DNA from: Balanoglossus misakiensis
Lineage: Eukaryota; Animalia; Hemichordata
Assembly (NCBI GenBank): GCA_040954595.2
Contig: CM082579.2
Coordinates: forward strand, 10,591,625-10,655,624
Reading direction: 5' to 3'
DNA length: 64,000 nucleotides
Below are positions 25,650 through 37,036 of the stretch, piece after piece. How positions within the stretch are numbered: position 1 is the first letter of the stretch; every line of letters begins with the position of its first letter. Both the position numbers and the translations under genes were made by a program. Below the pieces are notes generated by a model. The model worked only from the letters and a program-made list of their open reading frames with translations. It had not been told where the DNA came from and made no database searches.

Positions 25650-26066
25650 GTAAGAAACCAGACTAACACCATTCCATTAAATGTCATATTGTGCGATGAA
25701 AACCTGGCATACATGTAGACCCAGGCTCTGAATCTTCCCCTTCTGTCAGAGACTCTATTTCTCATAATATGCTTATCTGTTTGTTTTATAATTTGATTTG
25801 CGGAATGCTAGTATTTGTCCTAATTATGATGAGAAAAGAAGTCGGTATATCGGAAATGTGAATATTTTATTTTTGGAGCAATTTCTCAGAAACTGCTTGT
25901 CCAGTATTGCTTTGCAATTTAGTTGGCAGGGTCCTGAGGTGTCGTTATTATGATGTGCAAAGATGATGGTAAAATACCTATATTTAATTGGCTGAGACAT
26001 TTACCCTTTGTTGACTTCTTTATATGGATATAAGCTGATAACAGTGTACTATTACCTTTCTTACAG

Positions 26067-26096
26067 ATACACATTGTCCCTGTTGGCAAGAGGTGA
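26067..26096 (+). CDS. MGAT4: MGAT4-like exon 14 (terminal coding exon)
   Basis: ttacag acceptor; IHIVPVGKR then TGA. The 14 exons sum to 1653 nt with compatible phases throughout. Confidence 0.88.
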   Translation: MHIVPVGKR

Positions 26097-27320
26097 CCAC
26101 TTCAAATGCTGATCTGTCATAGTCCAAGCTGCCACGCCCAGTCCCCAAGCAATGTTTTGACACTTACAATTTTCATTTTGTGTAATTTCACAATATGTAT
26201 CAGTTTTGTTCCACAGTTGTTCATAATATAATTCAGTTGTCAGATTACAATATTTGTAGCTGTGTATTGCCCTATTGGTCTTGAGAAACACCAGACGCAG
26301 TTTGGATAAAACAAGTTATAGATTGGCTTCACTCTGTGCGGTCGTCTCCTCCAGGACCAGTCGCCAAATCAAATGTCAAGTTGAACAGAAATATAGAATG
26401 TGATACTCATGCCTGTCGTTTGGACGGGCCAAACCGTGCGTGTAAATATTGAAGTATGTATGAGATCAGATCTACATAGTTTTGCACACCGGTCTTTGCG
26501 CCACGTGTATTCTCAAAAAGGGAAACTTTTCACCACCAGGGGTGTGCAATCATCACCCTTTGCACCATACACTCTGTGCTGTTATCTTCACCACCTTCTA
26601 AAGTGTGTGTGCAGTTTGCGTAGTCATGGCATACCAACGACTGTCCAGGTGGAGTATGTGGTAGATAACTGCCGTGTGGGTTAAATGTGGAGAATTTTTG
26701 TATAGCCACTGGGCAGCCATTTTGTTGCAATTTATTTCTTGTCTGGAGCTTTTACTCAGTCACATCGATCGGAAGCCTCTCTGTTTAAACATTTAACCAG
26801 AACAATGCATATGTGGGCATCTGTTTGTGTTGTATTTGTAATGCGATCCAATATGACAGTTTGGTTGCCATTTTAAATGTTATTGTGTTTTTTCCATGTC
26901 AAATGAAATGTTTTTCTTAAACTTCTTTCAACATCAACTAAACACTGTGAGAGTCAAAGAGATGTATTTATTACAAATATCAGGTTCCTTTATGTGTCTG
27001 GAAGTTCTTGAAGAACAACTCTGCAACTTGAGGCCTTGAGTTGTGAATGACATCATAAGCATATTGTCAAACTTGTCTTCTGTAATTGACACTTTCAGGT
27101 CAGTGTGTCCTTTTGAAATGTTAATTTGTTACTTTTTGTTTTAATCTTATCTGTTCTAGCTTTCTTCAGTTTTCTTCATGTTTTGATTTCAATTTAGCGT
27201 CTATTTCCTAATGAAGTCAATGTCATCATCTGACTTGTTTATTTTTGTTATGTTTATTATTGATATGTGTAAAAATGTTCAGTTAAACTGAACACAGTTA
27301 TCTTTCAAACCACGGATTAA

Positions 27321-27655
27321 AGGGACAAAGTCTCTCTCTCTCTCTGCCCCTTTTCCATAAATTATGTTTGATAAAGACAATGCATGTATGTTCATGTACA
27401 TGTGGATATATAGTGAATAAATGTTCGACCACACACAACTTCCATCCAACTTGTAGACACAAGAGTGAAAAACTCGCCAAAATGAATAATTCATTTTGGG
27501 CGAGTTTTTAGTGTCATATCATACAAGTGGGATGGAAGTTGTGTGTGATTGAATGTTCATTCACTACATATACACATGTACATTAACATAAACGGTGTCT
27601 TGTATCAACATAATACGGTAATGGAAAAGGGGCAGCGAAAGAGAGACTTGTCCCT
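27321..27655. mobile_element. MITE family B, full copy in the presumed MGAT4 3' UTR
   Basis: TTAA at 27317-27320 and 27656-27659; same arms. Confidence 0.88.
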
Positions 27656-28078
27656 TTAATAATGACTGGAAACTTGCGTTTGAAATGGAAGTGGGCAGGA
27701 AATGAAAAAAGCTGATTTGTCAGCCATGGGTAATATTACTTGTCTGTTTTCTGATTACCAATACTTGTGCCTTTGAATGTATTATCAGGATTCAAGTTGG
27801 CTCTAGCACTTGCAAGACCTGAGTTGGGCGTTACACATTCAAAAAGAAAAGATTTCAATCAGTCAGTCAGTCAGAAAAACTTTTTGGATGTAAATTTACA
27901 CTTGTAATGATTGGTAGTCATTAGCATAAATGTGTGTTGTACACTGATACATCATACGTGTAGTCATTAAAAATGATACAGAATGTGAGAGAAAGGGTAG
28001 GGCAAAGCAAATACAGATTATATGACTGTGTGGTGTGTGAAAGGGACCAATGGACTCCATTGCAGTCACTATCATATA

Positions 28079-28231
28079 CTGTAAAACTCTTTATTTTCGC
28101 GAGTTAAAATTTTCGCGATATCGAGAGAGGCCACTGTTTCGCGAGTATTAATTTTCGCGTTCTCTTATTTCATTCAGTGCATCGTTATCTTAAAAAAAAA
28201 TATGTGACTTTTTATTTTCACGCTATTTTGG
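28079..28231. mobile_element. MITE family A, truncated reverse-orientation copy
   Basis: ta-ctgtaaaactctttattttcgcgag start, interior homologous, second TIR missing. Confidence 0.8.
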
Positions 28232-28387
28232 CAATACATATACAATGCATATCATGACATGCCAGTACTGTAAGTGTCATGAAATTCAAATTCTGTTAGC
28301 TGATGAAATATTTCCAAGTAACATAACAGCTCAGTCATTTACACACTTGGTCATATTGCTCCATAAGTTGCACAGTTATGATGACTA

Positions 28388-28585
28388 CTGTAAAACACTT
28401 TATTTTCGCGAGTTAAATTTTTCGCGATATCGAGAGTGGCCACTGTTTTGCGAGTATTAATTTTCATGTTCTCTTATTTCATTCACTGCATCGTTCCTTA
28501 TCTTAAACAAAAATTACGCGACTTTTTATTTTCTCGCTATATTTTGCGAAAAATGTATTGCTCGCGAAAATAACGTGTTTTACAG
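28388..28585. mobile_element. MITE family A, full reverse-orientation copy
   Basis: Both TIRs present with TA flanks. Confidence 0.87.
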
Positions 28586-29292
28586 TACTTTCCTTCAGTA
28601 ATAAATATTTTGCAAAACAGACTTTATGACCGTTTATCTATCAAAGTTGAATAGAGTTGAAATGTAAACTTATCTATGTAAAGTTATTCTATAATTTGCC
28701 TGGTCGGAGATACAAAATTTTGAATTCGCATCATAATGTTACTAGTAGTACTCAACCTGTGGGAACATGTTTGGTTTTTAATTTCTACACTGATTGTCCG
28801 ATGATGGCAAAACCTGGACCAGTTCAATGTATAGTACAAAGTAAAATGCCTATTATTGGTGTACAGGAGTCAATGTTTGAAAAGCACTAAAAGTGGCCCT
28901 GTCCGTAGCAAAAATACTTAAAAAAGAATTGCCCCTGTTATTGTTCCATTGTTTTCTATGGTAAGGTTGGACCTGTATAGCAGGAACTGGGGGTGAAAAG
29001 GTACTATAAGATCCCTTTACCCTGAAAGCAGAAAATATGAGATGTACCTATGTTTGAAATGCATATACCTTCAGGAAAGATTACTGCTGTATGTATTTTG
29101 TTGTATTCACCTTGATTTGTCCAGGAAATTATCCTGTTATTTTACATTTTGTCCCTTTCAGATGTTATGTTCTATAGGTATTTTGTAAATATCAGTACTG
29201 CTGATGTCATTGTTTATGTGAATGTTTTGCCTCTTTTTCTAAGAAACCAAAAAATGACATAATTACTATTTTAAGAGAAAATTAAAACTATG

Positions 29293-29298
29293 AATAAA
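29293..29298 (+). terminator. Candidate polyadenylation signal ending a long (about 3.2 kb) MGAT4-like 3' UTR
   Basis: AATAAA after an AU/GU-rich UTR-like stretch, followed by a GT-rich tract. Position only; no transcript evidence. Confidence 0.35.
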
Positions 29299-29866
29299 TG
29301 GATAAACTATTGTTGACTGAGTCATATATTTGTGATGTATTATTACTACATACACATGCAGGTTTGATTTGTTATATCAGAGTAAATTCAAACTGTGTTA
29401 CATTGTTTGATATGGTGGACAGTGATAGATACAGAGTAACAACCACCTTTGTTGCTGATAACAGTTACACTTTGCACCTTCTGGTACTTTGACTTGTTGG
29501 CAATGGCAACTGTACGGGACCCATACCTGCAGCCACTGATGAGACGACACCTACCCTTTAATTAATAAAGAGTTTCTGAATTCAACATATGGCATCTTGT
29601 ATGCAATCCTCGAGAGAAACGGAAACTGACTCCTGCAATATCTTGTATTTTGGGGGCATGTTTTCCTAATTTTGATTTTAAAAAATATATATATTTCCCA
29701 GACATTATATGGCTGGGGGCCGGTCAACAGGTGTTGTACAGTCACGAGCACAGTGAGTATTTTCAGGCCAGGCGTAGAGGGCGGCAAACTAATTGCAAAG
29801 ACCTTGGCTACAGCTAAGGGAACTTTCAGTTATTATTGGACGGGTGGTTTGCATGGTAGTGGTTAA

Positions 29867-30051
29867 AGGTATACAGTCACCTCCAATATACATACGCCCA
29901 TATATGTCTGAAATGGAGTATTTGAGCATTCTAAAGAACATATTGTGGCGCTCTTTTTTTCGCGTGTGCCACCCACTGAAAATCTGTGATTGGCTAGATC
30001 TCAATTTGCCATGGTAACTATAGCTAATTTACCATAGGTGACCGTATACCT
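29867..30051. mobile_element. TTAA-target MITE family C (Kolobok-like), copy 1
   Basis: ttaa-aggtatacagtcacct...aggtgaccgtatacct-ttaa, 185 bp. Confidence 0.87.
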
Positions 30052-30370
30052 TTAATAAGAATAATGCGCGTGTGACAAGAAAATTCTCAGGACCTGTATT
30101 GGCTTGGACTATTTAATAAAAATATAAATTATATTTTCCTAACAAAAAGAACAATTGTCTGCGGAAATCTCCGATATTGTGATGATTGATAGGTCACACA
30201 CTTTATTTTCAAAGAATGAATTCTTAAGATATTATGAACATGAAAACGGCGTTTTCATAGCTGTACTTTCTTTCCTTGGAGGTCATATTTTTGTAACGAT
30301 AAGGAAAAAAAGCGAGATTTAAGAGTGGATATTTTAGTGTATGTGTGAATTACAAATTATGAAATATTTA

Positions 30371-30680
30371 AGCAATAAAACACCCCCAGCCATGGTATAC
30401 CACGAGATTTTGACCAGTTCACGACATATACGCACGAGCGATAGCGAGTGCGTATATGGAGTTGAACTGGTCAAAATCGAGTGGTATACCATGGCTGGGG
30501 TGTTTTATTGCTATTATATTATGCCAGTATATTGAAACTTTGCATAAAACATTTTAAAAAGGCATTTTCTTTGACTATGATATATGACTGTGGTATATGG
30601 CTAATATATCACGGTCACGTGTCGTGTCTCGACCAATCAAATAGCGTGATTTACACCATCAATATACTGGTATAATATAA
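30371..30680. mobile_element. Double-inverted-repeat element (142-bp hairpin plus a second 22-bp IR pair)
   Basis: Hairpin 30371-30512 centred on gcacgagcgatagcgagtgc; ttatattatgccagtatattga (30514) pairs with tcaatatactggtataatataa (30659-30680). Confidence 0.65.
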
Positions 30681-31370
30681 TTTCATCATAACTTAACGTT
30701 TCTTTCACCATTGAAACATAGACAGTTGAAATAATATTTTAAGGTAATCCCCCCCACAAAAAGGGTCCTGACAGAGAGTCTTATTTCAGTCAGCCAAGCA
30801 CTGGTTAATGGTTGAGTCAAATATGAGCACTCCTCATTTCTAGTTCTGAGGCCCGCGTTGTATAATTACAGACAACTTCCTTAAATCCAGAAAGTTAGGG
30901 GTCAAGAGAATTTAGGTCATAGCAGCCATTTGCATTTGATTCAAAACACTGAAGGGAGACCGTCGACCGTATACTGTGTACAGCGGTGGCAAGGTAAACG
31001 TTAGACTTTATTTTATTATTTGATTGGATGCTTCTGTATTCATTTTTTGTGAAAATGATCGACCGTATTGAAAGATTGTATGCTGTCTTGAAGTTGATGC
31101 GATAACATCATCAGAATCCAACGACAGCCTGTGTCCGCTTGCGAGAAATGTCATGAAACGACACACGATTTATGAGGCACATGTTTTCGTCTGAAGGAAA
31201 TTCACTCTTCGATTGTTTAACCATGTGATAACCAAGCGTGGTTGAACGTTTGGTCGGGATGTCACCTCTAATGAACTGGTATAATTCAAGATTTAGCCCT
31301 GCGTGCAGGTCTGTGTGTTTACATGGGTGGTGGAGGCCGCGCGCAGTCCTTGTTACGTCAGACTGTTTAT

Positions 31371-31476
31371 CAATCTGATTAAAATCAGATGTAGGGAACG
31401 GCGACGTGTTTTTTTATGCTGTCGTCTACACTTACTACCACGTCGCCGTTCCCTACATCTGATTTTAATCAGATTG
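31371..31476. mobile_element. Mini foldback element with 9-bp TSD (copy 3)
   Basis: Same arms with a longer spacer; flanked by an ACTGTTTAT direct repeat. Confidence 0.88.
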
Positions 31477-31493
31477 ACTGTTTATTAGATTAA

Positions 31494-31679
31494 AGGTATA
31501 CAGTCACCTCCAATTTACATACGACCATATATGGCTGAAATGGCGTATTTGAGTGTTCTAAAGAACATTATGGTAGCGCTCTTATTTTCGCGTGTGCCAC
31601 CCACTGAAATTCTGTAATTGGCTAGATCTCCATTTGCCATGGCAACTGTAGCTAATTTTCCATAGGTGACCGTATACCT
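31494..31679. mobile_element. TTAA-target MITE family C, copy 2
   Basis: Same TIRs and closely similar interior to 29867-30051; same orientation. Confidence 0.87.
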
Positions 31680-32606
31680 TTAACGTGTGGCGTCCTGAAC
31701 AGAAAAACAGTCGGTAAGAGTGGTTTATGAATCAGCTTCAGTGTACCTGTATAAAAGAAATACAGAAATGGTTACATTTTTCTTCTTCCTGGCAGACATA
31801 TTTATAGCAACAGTAAATTTCTGCCATTCGGTTGATATTTTATCAACGCAAACCGTAGCACATGTAGCCTACTGTTTGTGCTAGAAACTCAGGGAATCTA
31901 TTTTACAGTTATCTTTCCAATGTATGAATGCAATATTTTCCAGTACTGTCAGAAATATCATAATCTTCAAGTAAAGCTCAATTAGCTGGAACATTTTGCT
32001 ATGTTTTCAGTACTTTTATTTTAGTACCGTATCCACTGCAATTTCTTGTTCAAAACTCTGAAACATGATGTAATGCCTGGCAATTTGTTATTGCGCAACA
32101 ATTTGAATTCAACTCCAGACTAGAATTCATTTGTCAACAATAACAATGGCTGTTGCACACATACAGGGTAACTATGTTGACAAGTGGAGTAAAGTGTATA
32201 TTAGCATGTTGTTTGGTGTAGAACAAGAAATTGCATCTGATACACAGAACGAAAAAGGTTGGAAATCAAGCCATAAGTTACAGCTAATGAATTTAGCCAA
32301 TATTGGATGTTCTGCGAACTGAAACCCCGGTGGATGGGATTTGTTCATTATTATAAATCCAATTTGTAAGTTATGGGGAAACTGGATAGTAAATGATTTT
32401 GCATTGTTTAACAAGGGTGTGTGAAAAAGGTTCATCATGACACTGGGCACATACAGTATATGGGATAAGGAATAGGCATCTCAAGTTACATTAATACATG
32501 TACATATTTGCTAAAACATTCGGAGCTATTTGTAAACATGCTGATACTTTGTACATGTACATCCAAAGTCCATGGAGATCTTAAATCTATACCTTGACTT
32601 GCTTAC

Positions 32607-33269
32607 CTCTTTATCATCTATCTCCACCTCGTTTTGTCTGAAGAGAATTTTATCACTGTGTTCTGATCTGGTCAAAATTTCACCGAACGGTTCTGCATCA
32701 TTTTGTTCTGCTGTTAGAGTGTCACGGATGTGCCATGGTTTGGTCAATCTTGTTGGTTTTGTTGGCAACGTATCATTTCGTCCTGGTTTACCATTTTGAT
32801 TTCGACTGGCAACGGTTCCGTGACTTTTTTTCAGACCCAGAGTTTTATGGTTTACTGACGGGATGATCGATGGACTTTTTCCAGTCTGGATCACGCGCAT
32901 TCCATCACGTTGTTGTAGTTTGTCGAGCATGGCATCCATAAGTTGAAGATTAGCTCCCAGTAGCTGTAAATTTTGATCCATGTAGGTGTGTCTGAGATTC
33001 TGTGCTGTGACGTATTCCTCGTACATTTCCTCCTGACTGTGTTGAAGGTGAACTATATATAATGTACAATACCATACAGAGGTGCAAATCAGTAATAGTG
33101 AGATCACATCCAATGTGAACATCTTCCAGTATTTCCGTTGCATTTGCACACCTGTCTGTTCACTGCAGGCCTGGCATTGCAGCAGTTTGTTGTCAGGAAT
33201 CTCAGCTGGTATCTCCACAACACACTCTGTTATAGTCTTCATTTCTGGATAGGTTGTCAACAGTGTCAT
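32607..33269 (-). CDS. Orphan type II single-pass membrane protein, large exon (221 codons)
   Basis: Within the 264-aa ORF. Minus-strand ctatttcaacag acceptor lies directly before ATG 33269; GAG|gtaagc donor at 32607. Hydrophobic segment (FTLDVISLLLICTSVWYCTLYIV) follows RKYWK, then a Q/L-rich heptad-like region. If unspliced, it ends at 32526. Confidence 0.6.
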
Positions 33270-34382
33270 CTGTTGAAATAGAATGGACCTATATACATAT
33301 ATGTACTTTATCAAATACATGTAAAGCTTCCATTCAGTCTTTTGAAAGCAGAATGTTGTTACTTGGATAGTGTTTGATGTCAGGTTAGAGTACTGCTCAA
33401 ATTCCTGATTAGCAGCGATTATGGTACTCTGTCACTAAAATTGGCCATACTGTCAATAATTTGTATGGATTCTACCAACGACTGCTTTTATCACCCAGAA
33501 GGAAAGAGAAAATGAGCAGCAACTAATCAAGTCAGACTCTGTGCTTGCTTTTCTATGCTGTTGCATTTTAAGTGATGACAATTTTAGACAAATTAGCTGC
33601 CTGTTGCTGGTACTACACAATAGTTCTTTTCATTGATAAGCATACATAAGGGTAATTAGCATGAAGTGCATAGCGAGAAATAGCACAAAATGTTCAATTT
33701 CTGAATTTGCTGGCATATATTATGCAAAGTAGTAGTCTATTTCATGAAGAGTTCATGAAATAGATAGTACCTCAGGGTAAGATGAACATATTAAGTTAAC
33801 AATGGTTAAAGACCTAATTTTATGGACATTGCCAAGTTTTCTAAAAAAAGAGTTAGCTGTCAACACAGTACATACCTAAATCATACCAAAATGATGCCCA
33901 TTTCTGTTGACTTTTTACGAAGTCATGGTATATACATTTATGCAATTGCACTGAGATTGGGTTTTTGTATCTTTATCAGACAAGCAGAGCTTTATGTAAC
34001 ATTGAATTGAGTGGGATCAATTTGGTCTTTGTAATATTTTTGTCTTAAAGCAGCAAACAGATGAGCTATCGGTAGCAGTCATGTATTGACTTGATTTTGT
34101 TCAATCCATCTGAATTAAATTAATGCAGAATATATATTGTGATTGTTGTCGCCCAAGCTCACTTTTTTAATTAATATTATAACATCATATAGAATAGACC
34201 CCGTTTGTTCTCAATGACTTAAGTTTGTTATTCTGCGTACTGCTCAGCATATTTTCATGGTTATTTTATTTCTGTCCTACACAGCAAAGAAAGCCAAACT
34301 CAGCATGCTGAATCAGAAGTAGAAATCAAGCAGTGAAGGTCAGCCCAGTATTTTCTTGCACCAGTGTAAACCCCTTGACAAC

Positions 34383-35121
34383 ATGGATTGGCCAAGTCCA
34401 CATGGTTCATGCGCTGACACTGACCCTGGCTACAGTCCATACCAAATACACCATCATGATAATAAAGTCTGCATCAAATCAACATCCAACGCACAGTGCA
34501 AGAAATCGTCGAAGAAATCCTCCAAGAAGGCTGTGCTGTTGAAGATTAAAGAGAAGATGCCGGAATCTGTGGGCAGCTTGGATTGGGGCAGTCTGCCGTC
34601 GGTTATCCTTCTCAAGATCTACAAGGTTCTGAGCTTAGTGGAGCGCGCTCGCGCATCTCTTGTCTGTCGGCACTGGAATGAAATCTACCATTCTGCGGAG
34701 TTGTGGCACACGTTTGAGTTTGAATTCAATCGAGACGCCACCTCCTACTTCAAGTCGACACCTCCAGAGTTGGTGAAGCAGGTCCTACAGCAGCACGTCC
34801 ATCATTTGAAGTACGTCAGTCTGAAAGTCGACAGCAGTCGGGAGTCGGCAGAGGCTGCTTGCAGTATCCTCTCCCAGCTGGTCAATTGCTCGCTCAGCAC
34901 GTTGGTCTTGATGTCTGCGGCGCGGCCCAGTTTCCAGCTGGTCTCCCAAGAGCACTTTGTGTCGGCCTTGACTGTGGTGTTCGTCAATTCCCGGGCCCTG
35001 TCCTCGATAGCTATTGATGACACACCAGTAGATGATCCATCTCTGAAAGTCTTAGTTGCCAACAGCCGAGATACACTGACACTGCTGAAGATGAACAGCT
35101 GTCCACACATATCACCTGCAG
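34383..35121 (+). CDS. FBXL3: F-box/LRR protein FBXL3/FBXL21-like, coding exon 1
   Basis: F-box [33 protein letters not shown], then [24 protein letters not shown] and [17 protein letters not shown], closely matching my recollection of vertebrate FBXL3. First ATG after the in-frame TAG at 34320; G|gtaagt donor. Confidence 0.92.
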
Positions 35122-35657
35122 GTAAGTAACTCTTGTTTTAATCATCAGCACTTGGCATGTATTATTAAGACTTGCCATCTGGTGTATATGTTTGTACCAG
35201 CTTCCACTTTTAGTAGATACTTACAAGAATTCCTCATGAGGCCAAATAAAAAAATATGTTCTGTTCCGATTACCCAACCTACCCTAATTTTAGCCCACCG
35301 ACCCTAAACGTTTTAAAGCTTTGTAAACCGGATGTAAAAATAATGATGGCAATTATACAAAATTTATGAAAATTCTGCGAATCACGAAAATACTATGATG
35401 TCATTATTTGCTTAATGTGCTCCAACCAAACCCCATCTAACAAACATGAAGTCATGTCCCCCTCAGAAGAGTGTAATTTCCTTGTACTGCTGGTAACAAT
35501 ATTTTCAATAGAAGTCAAAGTTACATTTCAAGTGTTCAAAAGTTCCTGCTTCTAGACATTTCGATTTTCTTTCATTTAATAATGTAAATCTCCCAGAAAA
35601 GATCAGTTAAACAAATCTGAGTATTGTTGTTCACGGTTGTACTATTTGTACCGACAG

Positions 35658-36304
35658 GTATCCTTTGTGTGGCTGATTATTGCCATGGTCTGCATGAATT
35701 GGTACTTAACTACAACCACCTGACTGATGAATTTCTGATGGCCCTGTCGAGTGAAGAGCATGTGAAATTACAACATCTTCGTATCGACGTGGCAACAGAA
35801 GAGAACAGCGATGCCCTGACGCACAGAATTTCCCAAGAGAGCTGGGTGGCGTTGTCCAAGCATTCACCCGATCTCAATCTAGTCATGTATTTCTTTGTGA
35901 CGAAGGACGAACACTTTGATCCGTTCTTTGAAGTAGAGACACCGGTGACACATCTGTATTTTTGCCGTTCGGTTGCTAAGGCCGTCATTGCGAGGGTCGG
36001 GGAGAACTCCCCCAAGCTGCAAGAGCTGGTGATCTGCGCCAATGGCAATATGCCGCTAGACGAGGAAGTGGTGAAAATTGCACGCAACTGCAAAAACCTG
36101 TCCTCGCTAGGGTTGAGCGAGTGTGAGTTGTCATGCTCTGCGTTGGTGGAGGTCAGTCAGATCTGCGGCCCTAAACTCATTGAGTTGTTTGTCATGGAAG
36201 ACGTCTTGAGCGAAGACGGCATGTATGATAGAGAGACAGCATACTTGACCATCTCCAACTATCTGGGCCGATTTTGGGTGCCCGACTGCGTGCCATGTTG
36301 GTAG
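35658..36304 (+). CDS. FBXL3: FBXL3/FBXL21-like, coding exon 2
   Basis: GILCVADYCHGLHEL...NLVMYFF...THLYFCRSV...LGRFWVPDCVPCW-stop; terminal Trp retained; spliced total 461 aa. Confidence 0.95.
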
Positions 36305-36451
36305 GATTGCATGTGCATGCAATTACACGTATACAAGTACTGATGGTAATTTGAACTAAATTTAGTGAAGTCAACCCTCTCCAGCCATGCTTCACTAGGA
36401 CACTGAGTGTCATATTTGTCTCTCCTAAAGGTCTGTTAGTGATTAAAATCT

Positions 36452-36519
36452 CCAGTAACACATCTGTATTTTTGCCGTTCTGTTGCTAAGACTGTCATTG
36501 CAAGTTGTTAGGGGACTCC
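36452..36519 (+). repeat. Decayed copy of FBXL3 coding sequence in its own 3' UTR
   Basis: acacatctgtatttttgccgttc.gttgctaag.c.gtcattgc matches 35942-36010, offset 510 nt. Confidence 0.85.
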
Positions 36520-36860
36520 TCAAAAGTAAGACTATTGTTATTTTCTTGATTTTTGACACTGAGGGCGCTGTCTATGACCTTGCATTCTTACAAACCGCCG
36601 TTCGTAACCATGTTCATTTTTGTTAACAAGAATATTGTCACCTTTCTCAATCTAAATTTATCTTTAAATATTTTCAGCTATATTAAGTGAAAATTTATTG
36701 ACCAGTTGCCTCATCAGCGATTGAGGAAATTATTATACATGGAAAAGGATTTTTAAATTCTTCATCACAACTTATATGTCAGTCTGTGTGTCAGTTATTC
36801 TGTTCATAGCTGGGCCGGCATACACTGGTTGCTTGTGGGAACACAAGTCAATGTATTGTA

Positions 36861-37036
36861 CAGTAAAACCTGTCTAAACCAAACCCTGTCTAATTTGGAA
36901 ACCTGTCTATGTCAAACACATTTTCCTGTCCTTGACATAGAGCCACATGTTGAAAGAACCTCTATAAACCGGACACCTCTACAAACTGAACAATTTCTTC
37001 TGTTACTTTGGTATTCGGTTTAGACAGGTTTTACTG
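36861..37036. mobile_element. TA-flanked MITE (Tc1/mariner/pogo-type signature)
   Basis: ta-cagtaaaacctgtctaaacc...ggtttagacaggttttactg-ta, 20-bp perfect TIR. Confidence 0.85.

Noticed and set aside
29582-29632. Possible terminal exon ESVSVSLEDCIQDAIC for the minus-strand membrane gene
   Set aside because: The phase fits, but the acceptor lacks a pyrimidine tract and nothing else supports it.
33992-34000. D-box-like TTATGTAAC upstream of FBXL3, and the E-box at 30616
   Set aside because: Short motifs that also occur elsewhere in the window (2270, 6253, 9505). The E-box is inside a repeat, so there is no evidence of function.
34802-36461. Minus-strand ORFs of 63-127 aa
   Set aside because: Antisense shadows of the GC-richer FBXL3 exons.
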